From positions 11,764 through 75,763 of the forward strand of contig DASVLS010000018.1 in the NCBI GenBank assembly GCA_036384755.1: a stretch of DNA of 64,000 bases. Reading direction: 5' to 3'. The notes beneath the pieces were generated by a model. The model did not search any database and was not told the DNA's origin. It worked only from the letters and a program-made list of their open reading frames with translations. Source of the stretch: Trinickia sp. (GTDB lineage: Bacteria > Pseudomonadota > Gammaproteobacteria > Burkholderiales > Burkholderiaceae). The translations under genes were made by a program, and so were the position numbers. Below, piece by piece: positions 1 to 9,921 of this stretch (position 1 is its first letter; every line of letters starts with the position of its first letter).

Positions 1-1080
1 GCTGTAGCCGATGACGGCATCGACGCCGCTGGAAGCCTTCAGGTAATCGCCCGAGAGATAGACGTCGGTGCGCTTGGACAGCAGATAGTGCAGCCCCGCC
101 GATACCTGATTCCAGTGGTGGCCTTCGAAGTGCGTGTACTGGTACCCGCCGACGGCGCTGAACGCAGGCGTCACCGTCCATGACACCCCGCCTTCTCCTA
201 CCTGCATGTGCGACGATTGCCCGAATGCCTTGATCGTCGTGTACGTGTAGTTGCCCATCAGCATCACGGGACCGAATGCGTAGCTCGCACCCACGCCGAG
301 CGTGCCTTGCTTGTCCACGGGGAACGACGTGCTCGAGTAAAGATCGGTCACCGCACCCGTCGCGGGGTCGACGCTGACGGTCGGCCTGCCGAGGAACGTG
401 TGCGTGCCGATCATCGCGTACGGATCGAACGCATAGATGCCGTTCGGATTGTTCAACTGCGTATAGGCCACGCCCATCGTGAACTTGCCATGCGCATAGT
501 GCGCCCCCAAGCTATAGGCACTGTTCCGATGGAAGTTGCCGGCCACGTTGCCGAACGACCACATGCCGCCGAACTTCAAGCCGTCGATATCGTTCGACAA
601 GAACTTCACCGAATTGGGCAAGCGATCGCCGTTGAATCGATCGAAGTCGCCCTGGTGAATCGCGTACCCGCTCGCCCAAGCGGAGACGTTGTACTGAAAC
701 ACCATCTCCTCGGTCATGTCGAGCTGATTGCCCAACGAGACCGTACCCCAACGGCTCGCCAGTCCGACATACGCCTGCCGCCCAAATTGGGAACCGCCGA
801 ACGTGAGCCGCCCCGTGCCCAGTTTGAACCCGCTTTCGAGCGCGAAAACCGCCGATAAGCCCCCGCCCAGATCTTCAGTGCCTTTGAGTCCCCAGCGATT
901 GCCGTAGGAAATCCCGTCGTCGAATTTGACCACGTGCGAACCGCCCGTATTGCTCGCGTAGGTGATGCCCGCGTCGAGAATGCCGTACAGCGTGACGCTG
1001 CTCTGAGCGTGGCCGACACCCGGTAACCCGGCGAGCGCCAGCGCGATGCCCGTGCCGATTCGGGCGCGCAATGCTTTCAT
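1..1080 (-). CDS. Gram-negative (Burkholderia-type) porin, 3' end beyond the window edge
   Basis: Manual translation from ATG at 1078-1080: MKALRARIGTGIALALAGLPGVGHAQSSVTLYGILDAG...NRWGLKGTEDLGGG, i.e. a signal peptide plus the AQSSVTLYG and RWGLKGTEDLG porin motifs. Not in the ORF track because the stop lies outside the window. Confidence 0.92.
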   Translation of the reverse strand, partial: MKALRARIGTGIALALAGLPGVGHAQSSVTLYGILDAGITYASNTGGSHVVKFDDGISYGNRWGLKGTEDLGGGLSAVFALESGFKLGTGRLTFGGSQFGRQAYVGLASRWGTVSLGNQLDMTEEMVFQYNVSAWASGYAIHQGDFDRFNGDRLPNSVKFLSNDIDGLKFGGMWSFGNVAGNFHRNSAYSLGAHYAHGKFTMGVAYTQLNNPNGIYAFDPYAMIGTHTFLGRPTVSVDPATGAVTDLYSSTSFPVDKQGTLGVGASYAFGPVMLMGNYTYTTIKAFGQSSHMQVGEGGVSWTVTPAFSAVGGYQYTHFEGHHWNQVSAGLHYLLSKRTDVYLSGDYLKASSGVDAVIGYS

Positions 1081-1100
1081 GATGTGCTCTCGTTATGTTT

Positions 1101-1150
1101 GAGTCGTTGCAAGTCGTTGTAAATCGTCGCCAGTCGTTCCGATCCGTTCA
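1101..1150. repeat. Five imperfect 10-bp tandem repeats between the SBP and porin genes
   Basis: gagtcgttgc aagtcgttgt aaatcgtcgc cagtcgttcc gatccgttca. Confidence 0.6.
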
Positions 1151-2116
1151 ATGACCGGCCAGGGCACGGTCGACGGCCTCGAGCCCATTGGCCCCGCTCG
1201 CCGTCGTCACGCCGGCCAGCCAAGTCGCGAGCAAGTCGGGATGCGCTTTCAACGCATCGCGCGCAGCCGTATCCACGCCCACCTTGTCCTGCAGTACACG
1301 CGCGATCACGTGATTCTCGAGATCGACGTCGAACGTCATCTGCTTGAACAATCGGCCGAGGTTCTCGCACTGGCTCGCGAAGCCCGTTCGCGTGACGGTA
1401 TTGACCGTGGCGCCGCCGTAGTTGGGACCGAAATAGGCGTCGCCGCCCGACAAATACGTCAAGTGGAATTTCGTGTTCATGAGGTGCGGCTCCCATGCGA
1501 GGAACACGATCCATCGCTTGTCGCGCACGGCGCGCTCGACCTGCGTCAGCATCGCCGTCTCGCTCGACGCGACGAGCGTCCAGTTGCCAAGGCCGAACGC
1601 CTTGTCGCCGATCATCTTCGTTATGTTCTGATTGGCCGGCGCCCCGGGCTCGATGCCGTAAATCTTGTCGTTGAACTTGTCGCCGTATTTCGCGAGATCG
1701 GCAAACGAATGCACCCCCGCCGCCGCCACGTAGTCGGGCACCGCCAGCGTGAACTTCGCGTTCGTCAGGTTGGCGTGAAGCACGTCTATCGCGTGGCTTT
1801 CCACGAACGGCTTGACGAGCGGCGCCTGCGCCGGCATCCAATTGCCGAGAAAGACGTCGACCTGCCCTTTCTTCAGCCCCTCGTAGGTAATCGGCACCGA
1901 TAGGTTCGCGACGTTTTGCCGATAGCCGAGCGCCTTGAGCACGACGCCGCTCATCGCATTCGTCGCATCGATGTCGGTCCAGCCGGGATCGGCCATGCGC
2001 ACGTCGGTGCAACGGCCGGGTTCCGCGGCATGCATCGGCGGCGACACCGCGGCAGCCGCCGCCAATAGGAGCGCCCCTATCAAGCGCCGACATCCTGAAT
2101 ACCGGCTTCCGTTCAT
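1148..2116 (-). CDS. Choline/choline-O-sulfate ABC substrate-binding protein (ChoX/OpuAC family)
   Basis: Signal peptide; DPGWTDI, DVFLGNWMP, IYGIEPG and FLAWEPH motifs; lies directly downstream of betC. Confidence 0.9.
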   Translation of the reverse strand: MNGSRYSGCRRLIGALLLAAAAAVSPPMHAAEPGRCTDVRMADPGWTDIDATNAMSGVVLKALGYRQNVANLSVPITYEGLKKGQVDVFLGNWMPAQAPLVKPFVESHAIDVLHANLTNAKFTLAVPDYVAAAGVHSFADLAKYGDKFNDKIYGIEPGAPANQNITKMIGDKAFGLGNWTLVASSETAMLTQVERAVRDKRWIVFLAWEPHLMNTKFHLTYLSGGDAYFGPNYGGATVNTVTRTGFASQCENLGRLFKQMTFDVDLENHVIARVLQDKVGVDTAARDALKAHPDLLATWLAGVTTASGANGLEAVDRALAGH

Positions 2117-2179
2117 CTCCTGCTCCTCTATGATTGACCTGCGTGTGGTGGGGTTGGATCTCCGTCGGCGGCGGGCCGA

Positions 2180-3721
2180 TCATTGTCGCGAGACGCGCGG
2201 ATAGCGCGCCATCGCTTCAAGCGTGTCCAATTCGATGTGATTGCGCATATACCGCTGGCGCGCGTCGTTGAACGGCTGCCAGTCCCAAGCCTGGATTCGT
2301 CCTTGCGTCGAAGCCGCGTAGTGGAAGCGGCGGCGGCGTTGGCTCGCGAGCACCTCGCCGTGCAGCGCGTCGATGTTCCAGCGCCGTTGGATCTCGGCTC
2401 TAAACGCGGCAACGGTGTCGGCATACGCCGGGTCGCTCGCGAGATTGACGAGTTCCTTCGGGTCGGACGTCAGATCGAACAACTGGTCGGGGTCGGCCGG
2501 GGTATGAATGAACTTGTAGGCGCCTCGACGAATCATCACGATCGGCGCGATCGCGCCCTCGCCAAGATATTCGCCGAACGTTTCGTCGTGCCCCCCGTCG
2601 CCGCGCAAGTGCGGAACGAGGCTGCGGCCATCCACGGGATCGGGCCAGGCCGGCTCTCGCTTGCCCGTCGCCAGCTCGACGAGCGTCGGAAGCAAATCGA
2701 TCGTCGAGACGGAGCCCGCTACCCGATGCGGCCGGAAATCCTTCGGTGCGTGCACGATCAGCGGAACGCGCGCGGCGTTCTCGAAGAACGTCATCTTGTA
2801 CCAAAGGCCCCGTTCGCCGAGCATATCGCCGTGATCGGACGTGACGATCACGATCGTGTCGTCCGCGAGTCCGGCGGCCTCGAGCGCATCGAGAATCGCA
2901 CCGAACTGCGCGTCGACGTACGAGAGCGCGCCGTAATAAGCGCGCCTCGCGTTTCGCACCTGTTGCTCGTTCGGCGGCGTCCGGTCGTTCTCGCACACTT
3001 GGCGCAAGCGTTTCGAATGCGCGTCGCTTTCGTCGAAGCTCAAGATCGTGCTCGGCAAGTCGATCTCTTCGTCGCGATAAAGGTCCCAATACTCCGACGT
3101 AATCGCGTACGGATCGTGCGGATGCGTGAGCGACGCCACGACGCAAAAGGGCCGAACGTCGACGCCCGCTTGCCGCTCCCGCGCGATGTCGTAGAGCTTT
3201 TGCCGCACGGTGAACGTGACCTCGTCGTCGAAATCGAGCTGATTCGTGCGCACGCATTGGCCGGCATCGAGCACCGAGCTCATGTTGTGGTACCAGCTGG
3301 GCCGCACTTCAGGATGATCCCAATCCGGCGCCCATCCGAAATCGGCCGGGTAGATGTCGGTTGTCAGCCGTTCCTCGAAACCGTGCAGTTGGTCCGGCCC
3401 GCAAAAATGCATCTTCCCCGACAAGACGGTTCGATACCCGGCCGCACGCAGGTAATGCGCGAACGTCAAGGTTTGCGCGGGAAATTCGGCCGCGTTATCG
3501 TAGGCGCCAATCTTCGACGGCAGCTTGCCGGCCATGAGCGCAAAACGCGAAGGCGCGCAAAGCGGGCTCGCGCAATACGCCGAGTCGAACACCACGCCGT
3601 CGCGCGCCAGCGCATCGATCCGTGGCGTCTTCGACACCTTGTTGCCGTAGGTGCGCAGCGACGAGGGCGTCATCTGGTCGGCCATCAAGACGAGTAGGTT
3701 CTTTCCGGTATTGGGCTTCAT
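2180..3721 (-). CDS. betC: Choline-sulfatase
   Basis: Start MKPNTGKNLLVLMADQM; sulfatase CxPxR signature (SPLCAPSR), GKMHFCGPDQLHGFEERLTTDIYP, THPHDPY, SDHGDMLGERGLWYKM, C-terminal WDWQP...YMRNH. Confidence 0.95.
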   Translation of the reverse strand: MKPNTGKNLLVLMADQMTPSSLRTYGNKVSKTPRIDALARDGVVFDSAYCASPLCAPSRFALMAGKLPSKIGAYDNAAEFPAQTLTFAHYLRAAGYRTVLSGKMHFCGPDQLHGFEERLTTDIYPADFGWAPDWDHPEVRPSWYHNMSSVLDAGQCVRTNQLDFDDEVTFTVRQKLYDIARERQAGVDVRPFCVVASLTHPHDPYAITSEYWDLYRDEEIDLPSTILSFDESDAHSKRLRQVCENDRTPPNEQQVRNARRAYYGALSYVDAQFGAILDALEAAGLADDTIVIVTSDHGDMLGERGLWYKMTFFENAARVPLIVHAPKDFRPHRVAGSVSTIDLLPTLVELATGKREPAWPDPVDGRSLVPHLRGDGGHDETFGEYLGEGAIAPIVMIRRGAYKFIHTPADPDQLFDLTSDPKELVNLASDPAYADTVAAFRAEIQRRWNIDALHGEVLASQRRRRFHYAASTQGRIQAWDWQPFNDARQRYMRNHIELDTLEAMARYPRVSRQ

Positions 3722-3870
3722 GAACTCGATGTTTAAAATGCGTTGAGTCGACTTTTCCGCGTGCGGACAGCCATGCGCCGATGTTGCGCTGCAAAGTCGC
3801 GGCGGCGTGGGTGCCGGGTGCCTGACACCAATATGTCTACCCACAATTCGCGTGTGAAGACGGCCGCTAT

Positions 3871-3896
3871 TTATGTCCCCATAAGGCACGCTTATG
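3871..3896. promoter_or_regulatory. LysR-type T-N11-A operator overlapping the LysR start codon
   Basis: Inverted repeat CATAAG-gcacg-CTTATG at 3880-3896 (T3882-N11-A3894), plus TTATG-tccc-CATAA at 3871-3884, in the betC/LysR divergent gap. Confidence 0.65.
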
Positions 3897-4817
3897 TCTG
3901 AGCAAGACCGTTTGCCACCGCTGCAGATGCTGTCGGTGTTCGAGTCCGCCGCGCGGTTGGCGAGCTTTACCGCGGCCGCGCGCGAGCTCGGATCGACGCA
4001 GCCCGCGGTTAGCCAGCGAATCGTGCAGTTGGAGGCGGAACTGGGCGTGCCGCTGTTCGAGCGCGGGCACCGCGGCGTCACGCTGACGGCCGACGGCCAA
4101 CGTCTTTACGAAGCGGTTCGCCAGAGCATCGAAACGCTTCGCGATGCCGTGGCCGATATACGCGCCGCGCGCGCGAAGGGCGCATTGACGATCGTGACCG
4201 ATGCGGGTTTTGCGACGTACTGGCTCGTGCCGCGGCTCATGGACTTGCGCCGCTTTCTGCCCGGCATCAACGTGAAGGTGGTGACCTCGCAATCGGCGTT
4301 CAATCCTCGGCAAGATCATGCGGACGTCGCCATCGCGTTCGGCGACGGCGATTGGTCGCCGTGCACGGCAACGCGTCTCTTTCAGGAGCAGATCGTCCCG
4401 GTTTGTTCGCCGGCCTTTCGCGCGGCGCATCCCGAGATCGTCCGGCCCGCCGATTTACGCACCGCGCCGTTGCTGCATGTTCAGCCCGCGCAACCCGAGC
4501 GATGGATGGGCTGGAACGGATGGTTCGCGATGCATGGCCTTTCCGCACCGCCCGACGAACACGGCTCGACCTTCAATAGCTACTCGCTAGTCATGCATGC
4601 AGCGCTCACGCACCAAGGCGTCGCGCTCGGGTGGCTGCCGCTCGTGGACGACCTCGTCGCAAGCGGGCAGCTCGTCGCGCTGTTCGACGAACCGGTTACG
4701 ACTGCGCGTGGGTATTTCTTGGTTTGCCCCCCGGCGCGGCCGGAAGCGCCGGCTGCGCCGGCTTTTCGGCGATGGCTGTTTTCCGCGTGCGCGGCGAGTG
4801 CGGTGGCGGCCGAGTAA
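3894..4817 (+). CDS. LysR-family (GcvA-like) regulator, probably of choline-sulfate utilisation
   Basis: LPPLQMLSVFESAARLASFTAAARELGSTQPAVSQRI HTH; divergent from betC. Confidence 0.92.
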   Translation: MSEQDRLPPLQMLSVFESAARLASFTAAARELGSTQPAVSQRIVQLEAELGVPLFERGHRGVTLTADGQRLYEAVRQSIETLRDAVADIRAARAKGALTIVTDAGFATYWLVPRLMDLRRFLPGINVKVVTSQSAFNPRQDHADVAIAFGDGDWSPCTATRLFQEQIVPVCSPAFRAAHPEIVRPADLRTAPLLHVQPAQPERWMGWNGWFAMHGLSAPPDEHGSTFNSYSLVMHAALTHQGVALGWLPLVDDLVASGQLVALFDEPVTTARGYFLVCPPARPEAPAAPAFRRWLFSACAASAVAAE

Positions 4818-4835
4818 GGCTGCCACCAAACGCAT

Positions 4836-5957
4836 TCAACGCTGCCGTCGCCGCCGGAGCCATTCCGCGAAGGCTTCGTCTTCGACACGGTAATGGCCCA
4901 CGGCAAGGCGCGCGACGACATTGTGCGTTTGCAGGCGCTTCAATGCCTGGGCCACGGTGTTCTTCGTCGCGGGTTTGCCCAGCCACGAGGACAATAGCGT
5001 CAGGCTATGCGCGCCGTGCAGGTCGGCCTCTCCCCGCGCGAGCAACGTGACGACGGCCCGATCCGACGCGTTCATGTCGTTCCATTGATTGAGGAAGTGC
5101 TCGTCCGAGAATACCGAAGCTCGGGTATGAGCGAGCGCCGCGTCGGCGCCTTGCGGTTGATAGAGCATGTACCGCTCGATGAACCGCTTGAAAAACTCCG
5201 GCGTACGGTGCAACGCTTCGAAGGCTTGCCTGCCTTGCTCCACCGTCAGCTTGTTCTTGATCATGCTGTTCATCAGCTTGACGGTAAACGAAACGAACTC
5301 ATCGCCAAGCAACGGAAACGGCTCGAGCGTCGCCCAGTTATAGAAAGGCTCCGACGCCCGAGCGAACATCTCGCGAAGGGTCGTCTCGGAACTGCCGGCG
5401 AATATCACCTTGATGCGCAATTTCCGAATGTCCAACGCAGCGCGCAGCGAATGCGCGAAATCGCTGTGCACGGTACGCGCCAGAACCTGCGCCTCATCGA
5501 TGGCCAACAGCAGCGGCTTCTTCTGCCGATCCAACTGCTTCATCACCTCCCGCAACGCCCCGGCCGTATCGCCCCGAGGCGCGGCCAGCTCGGCCTCCAC
5601 GGCGCCTTCCAACCCCGGAATTCGCGCGCTGGCTTTGAGCCTCCTGACCGGCCTGCCCAGCTTCGTCAGCACAGCCTTGACGCCTTGCGGTTCGAGCGCG
5701 TCGGAAAGCGCCGACAACAACGCGGAATCCGGCGCCGCGCGACTATCCCAAAGGTTCGTGTAGGCGACCAGATAGCCACGCTCGCGCGCCGCGGGCAACA
5801 AATCCCGTCGCAGAAATTCCGTCTTGCCCATCCGTCGCCGCGCGAACAGCCCGCGAGCCGACGACAACTTCAGACCGAAGGCGTCGAGGTACGATCGAGC
5901 AAGATCCGCACGGGCGAAATGCCACGTGTCCGGCTCGATGGTTTCATCCGGTATCAT
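4836..5957 (-). CDS. Solo P-loop ATPase (AAA+/archaeal-ATPase-like) with probable C-terminal winged helix
   Basis: Walker A FARRRMGKT, Walker B LLLAIDEAQ, sensor-1-like VIFAGSS, wHTH-like tail TVAQALKRLQTHNVVARLAVGHYRVEDEAFAEWL. Confidence 0.82.
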   Translation of the reverse strand: MIPDETIEPDTWHFARADLARSYLDAFGLKLSSARGLFARRRMGKTEFLRRDLLPAARERGYLVAYTNLWDSRAAPDSALLSALSDALEPQGVKAVLTKLGRPVRRLKASARIPGLEGAVEAELAAPRGDTAGALREVMKQLDRQKKPLLLAIDEAQVLARTVHSDFAHSLRAALDIRKLRIKVIFAGSSETTLREMFARASEPFYNWATLEPFPLLGDEFVSFTVKLMNSMIKNKLTVEQGRQAFEALHRTPEFFKRFIERYMLYQPQGADAALAHTRASVFSDEHFLNQWNDMNASDRAVVTLLARGEADLHGAHSLTLLSSWLGKPATKNTVAQALKRLQTHNVVARLAVGHYRVEDEAFAEWLRRRRQR

Positions 5958-6000
5958 CGAATATGAAAAGTTTCAAAGTGGATGATACTGGATGATACCA
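5939..6000. repeat. 62-bp near-perfect palindrome made of four GGATGA(T/A)AC-type units around a TGAAA-ag-TTTCA core
   Basis: Dyad centred at 5969/5970; 25 of 30 positions pair by manual count; covers the ATPase ATG at 5955-5957. Confidence 0.85.
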
Positions 6001-6056
6001 GCGTCGGCGACTGCCCCCGCGACGGGACGAGGTACCGCGCCTCCAGCCCGCGGCCG

Positions 6057-6989
6057 TCAAAGCGCTTCGACCAACTCCGCCCGCTTCGTCCGGCAATATG
6101 CCGTGCATGCGATATGCGCCGCATTTGCCGCCGCGTTCACGATCGCGCTCGCATTCGCACTCTTGCAGACCGATACCACGATCGGCGGCGGCACCGGTTT
6201 GAGCGGCAGCTCGACGAATTCGCCCGTCTGCAGCTCGTCGGTCACGAACAAGCTCGGGATGCAAGCCACGCCGTAGCCGTCGCGAATGAGCTGCACGATC
6301 GCAGCCACCGACGGCGAGCAGGTCACACGCGTCTGCTCCGGCGGAATGTGCTCCTGCCGCGCCAGGGCCAGTACGATGCTTTGCAACGCGACCTGCGGCG
6401 CAGTGCCGCGACCGAACGTCAGGATCGGGCGCTGCAGCACGCGCGAAGCGAGCCCGGTAGTGCGCCGCGAAATCAAGCCGCGCCGCGCGATCCAGCGCAC
6501 CGGATAGCTCGCGATCGCGCTGGACACGATCTTGGTGCTGTCGATTCCCTCCACGCGAATCGCGACATCGAGTTCGCCTGCCAGCAACCGTTGCTGAAGC
6601 ACCGCGCTCGAATCGACCGTCAGATCCACCTCGAGTTGCGGAAACTTCGAATTGAGGTGCGTGACGTAATACGAAAGCCATGAGTGAACGACAGTCTCGA
6701 TCACCCCCAGCCTCAGTTTGCCGCCGACGATCACCTCCTGTCCCGCCGCCTCGCGCAACGCCCGCACCGCATCGACGACATTGCGCGCCAGGCCGAGCAA
6801 GCTCTCGCCGGCGGGCGTCACACGAAACCGCGTCGTCGACCGATCGATCAACTCCGTGCGCAGCTCGTCTTCGAGCGATTTGATTCTCAGGGAGATCGTC
6901 GCCGGCGTCGCATGCAATACGCGCGCCGTCGCGCGGAAGCTCTCGAGCTCCGCCAGCATGACGAACGTTTCGATGAAGCGCGTATTCAT
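6057..6989 (-). CDS. LysR-family regulator
   Basis: [47 protein letters not shown] overlap with the MCP stop. Confidence 0.92.
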   Translation of the reverse strand: MNTRFIETFVMLAELESFRATARVLHATPATISLRIKSLEDELRTELIDRSTTRFRVTPAGESLLGLARNVVDAVRALREAAGQEVIVGGKLRLGVIETVVHSWLSYYVTHLNSKFPQLEVDLTVDSSAVLQQRLLAGELDVAIRVEGIDSTKIVSSAIASYPVRWIARRGLISRRTTGLASRVLQRPILTFGRGTAPQVALQSIVLALARQEHIPPEQTRVTCSPSVAAIVQLIRDGYGVACIPSLFVTDELQTGEFVELPLKPVPPPIVVSVCKSANASAIVNAAANAAHIACTAYCRTKRAELVEAL

Positions 6990-8563
6990 CGGGTTGTCGA
7001 GTGCCCGGAATCGCTGGCCACCCGGAACGCCTGCATCGCGTCGCCAAGTTGCTGCGCCTGCTCGTTGAGCGAAGCCGCCGCAGCAGCGGCCTGTTCGACG
7101 AGCGCCGCATTTTGCTGCGTCGCGCTGTCCATCTGCGCAATCGCACGATTGACCTCGTCGATGCCGATGCTCTGCTGAGTCGAAGCCGTCGCGATCTCGT
7201 CGACGATCGTCGTCACGCGCTTGACCGCCGCGACGATGCCGTCCATCGCCTCGCCCGCCGTTTCCGCCAGCGTCGCGCCGCTTTCGACCTGTGCAATGGA
7301 GGTATCGACGAGCACGCGAATCTCCTTGGCCGCCGCCGCGCTGCGTTGCGCGAGGCTGCGCACCTCGCTCGCCACGACGGCGAAGCCGCGGCCGTTTTCT
7401 CCGGCGCGGGCCGCCTCGACCGCGGCATTCAACGCAAGGATGTTCGTCTGAAAGGCGATGCTGTCGATGACGGACGTGATGTCGGCCACCTTCTTCGAAC
7501 TTTCGGCAATCGCGCGCACTTTGCTGACGACATCGCCGACCACGCTGCCGCCACGTTCGGCCTCGGAAGAAGCACTGGCCGCCACCTCCGTCGCGCGCGA
7601 CGCATTCTCGGCATTTTGCTTGACGGTGGACGTGAGCTCATCCATTGCCGCTGCCGTTTCCTCGAGCGAAGCGGCTTGCTGCTCGGTGCGGCTCGACAAG
7701 TCGCCGTTGCCCGTGGCGATTTCGGCCGCCGCCGTGCGGATGGTCTGCGCCGCCGCTTTCACGCGCGAAACGGTGCCGGCCAGTGTATCGCGCGTATAAG
7801 CGATGGCCGACACGATGCTGTCGTCGTCTCCCTGCGCGACGTCGATACGGCCCGTCAAATCGCCCGCCGCGATCTGCCGCGCGAGCTCCGCGGCCCGCGC
7901 GGGCTCGCCGCCCACCGAGCGGCGCACACTCTTGACCGCCAGCGACGTCAGCAGGGAAATGCCGACACCGAGAATGACCAGCACGACCAACGACGTAAGC
8001 AGCGTGTGATAGAAGTCCGATTGAATGTCGTCCTGATACGCGCCGGCGACGAAATCCCAATTCCACGGTTTGTAGCGCTTGACGAAACCGAGCTTCGAAC
8101 TCGGCTCCTTCTCGCCGGGCTTCGGCCACCAGTATTCGACGTAGCCCGCCCCGCTCGGCGAGGCGCCCGCGGCCGCGATGTCGCGATAGAGGAAATTGCC
8201 TTTCGCATCCTTCCATTGCAACATGTTCTTGCCGTCCAACTGCGGCGCCATCGGATGCATGACGACCACCGAATCGGCGCCGACGACGGTCACATAGCCT
8301 TTGCCGCTATAGCGGAGATCGGCGGTGCGGGCCAATGCCTGCTGCTTGGCGGCATCGGCAGTCATCTTGCCGGCCTGGACGTCGCGATCGAGCCCGGCCG
8401 CGATCGAATAAGCCATTTCGCCGATATCGGCCAGGGCGTGCTTGCGCTCGGCCAATTGCATGTCACGCATCTGCAATGCGTACCACACCGTTATCGTGAC
8501 CAGTCCGACCCACGTCAGGAGCAGCGGGATCCAGAGCTTTTGTCGCAAAGTCAAACGAGACAT
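6986..8563 (-). CDS. Methyl-accepting chemotaxis protein with periplasmic single-Cache domain
   Basis: Start [12 protein letters not shown]1; sCache motifs VVMHP and [10 protein letters not shown]...KLGFVK; TM2; [21 protein letters not shown] signalling hairpin. Confidence 0.94.
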   Translation of the reverse strand: MSRLTLRQKLWIPLLLTWVGLVTITVWYALQMRDMQLAERKHALADIGEMAYSIAAGLDRDVQAGKMTADAAKQQALARTADLRYSGKGYVTVVGADSVVVMHPMAPQLDGKNMLQWKDAKGNFLYRDIAAAGASPSGAGYVEYWWPKPGEKEPSSKLGFVKRYKPWNWDFVAGAYQDDIQSDFYHTLLTSLVVLVILGVGISLLTSLAVKSVRRSVGGEPARAAELARQIAAGDLTGRIDVAQGDDDSIVSAIAYTRDTLAGTVSRVKAAAQTIRTAAAEIATGNGDLSSRTEQQAASLEETAAAMDELTSTVKQNAENASRATEVAASASSEAERGGSVVGDVVSKVRAIAESSKKVADITSVIDSIAFQTNILALNAAVEAARAGENGRGFAVVASEVRSLAQRSAAAAKEIRVLVDTSIAQVESGATLAETAGEAMDGIVAAVKRVTTIVDEIATASTQQSIGIDEVNRAIAQMDSATQQNAALVEQAAAAAASLNEQAQQLGDAMQAFRVASDSGHSTTR

Positions 8564-8634
8564 GATGTTTCTTCCGACGAATGAGGCTTTGTTGGTATAG
8601 GGGAGCGGATACGGGCCGCTTGGCCACCTCTCTC

Positions 8635-8661
8635 TTATCGGCAGCCGAGCGCGAATGTTAA
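8635..8661 (-). promoter_or_regulatory. Sigma28 (FliA)-type promoter of the MCP
   Basis: Minus strand reads TTAA-N15-GCCGATAA, about 70 nt upstream of the MCP ATG. FliA consensus is TAAA-N15-GCCGATAA. Confidence 0.75.
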
Positions 8662-8952
8662 GCAGATCAAAAAGCCGCCGCCACGCCTTTCGTCTCGGAT
8701 ATTCGACCACTCGGCAGGGGCGGAGTCAATTCGCAAAGCCGCCTCTCACATCGGAATCGGACGCCATTTTCCCTTATCGATCAACAGGTTGGACGTTCGA
8801 TCAGGGCGCGGCGCAGCAACGGCGCTTTGGGGAAAACCCGCACAAAATCGTTAAGGGAACCTTGACAGAGACGCGCGGAATTACTTGCTGGCGAATCATC
8901 TTTTTCAAACCTAATCTCGTCACCAAGTCAATCCATTTGAAGGAATGCCGCC

Positions 8953-9723
8953 TTGCCACACCGCTTCCGCCAACTCGTCCGCCACAAGGATTTCAAAGGC
9001 CCCACCGCCGGACAGTGCGGGCCCTACGCCCAAGCCAATCTCGTCATCATTCCGAGTGCCTACGCAGAGGACTTCCTGCGCTTTTGCGTCCGCAATCCCA
9101 AAGCGTGTCCGTTGCTCGGCGTCGGCGAGCGCGGCCAATGGAACGTGCCCGCGCTCGGGCAAGACCTCGATCTGCGCACCGACGTACCCGGCTACAGGGT
9201 TTATCGCGACGGTGCGCTGACCGAGCAGCCCGACGACATCGTCGCCCTTTGGAACGACGACTTGGTTGCATTCGCGATCGGCTGCTCGTTCTCGTTCGAG
9301 CAGATGCTGACGCAGGAGCAGATCGGGTTGCGGCATATCGACGAGGGCGTGAACGTGCCGATGTTCCGCACGAACATCGCCAACGTGCAGGCGGGGCCGT
9401 TCGGCGGCCAATTAGTCGTGTCGATGCGGCCGATGACCGGTGCGGACGCAATCCGCGCCGTGCAAGTCACGAGCCGATTCCCCTCCGTGCATGGAGCGCC
9501 CGTGCACTTGGGCAGCCCGCGTGCGATCGGCATTGCCGATTTGTCGTGCCCCGATTACGGCGATCCTGTGACGATCCATGAAGACGAAGTGCCCGTGTTT
9601 TGGGCTTGCGGCGTCACGCCGCAAAGCGCGATCGAAGCGGCGCGGTTGCCGTTCGCGATCACTCACAGGCCCGGACACATGCTCGTGACGGACATTCCCA
9701 ACGCATCGTTGGCCGTCCTCTGA
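8953..9723 (+). CDS. DUF1445 putative hydro-lyase (D-glutamate cyclase family)
   Basis: [40 protein letters not shown] and [12 protein letters not shown] motifs; TTG start with AAGGA upstream. Confidence 0.9.
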   Translation: MPHRFRQLVRHKDFKGPTAGQCGPYAQANLVIIPSAYAEDFLRFCVRNPKACPLLGVGERGQWNVPALGQDLDLRTDVPGYRVYRDGALTEQPDDIVALWNDDLVAFAIGCSFSFEQMLTQEQIGLRHIDEGVNVPMFRTNIANVQAGPFGGQLVVSMRPMTGADAIRAVQVTSRFPSVHGAPVHLGSPRAIGIADLSCPDYGDPVTIHEDEVPVFWACGVTPQSAIEAARLPFAITHRPGHMLVTDIPNASLAVL

Positions 9724-9870
9724 GGCCCGGCTTTCGTCCGCATGCCGTGGTAGCGAGGAGACCAACACAATCCCGGCAGCATTGACGCTGCCGGAAACGC
9801 GCGGGATCCAGTTGAAGTATTGAAGGGAGGTCGTTCTCGGCGCTGGCACTTACACCGTACGAACGAGCCG

Positions 9871-9902
9871 AAACGAGCGCCGCAAACCAGGTGCGGCGCT
9901 CG
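9871..9902 (-). terminator. Possible intrinsic terminator downstream of the Fic gene
   Basis: 11-bp stem CGAGCGCCGCA / TGCGGCGCTCG with a 7-nt loop, followed by only a short T tract on the minus strand. Confidence 0.45.
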
Positions 9903-9921
9903 GAGCCATCCTACGTTCGCG

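Noticed and set aside
9750..9800. GAGGAGA RBS-like sequence and hairpin after DUF1445, suggesting a lost downstream gene
   Set aside because: No start codon or recognisable coding remnant follows.
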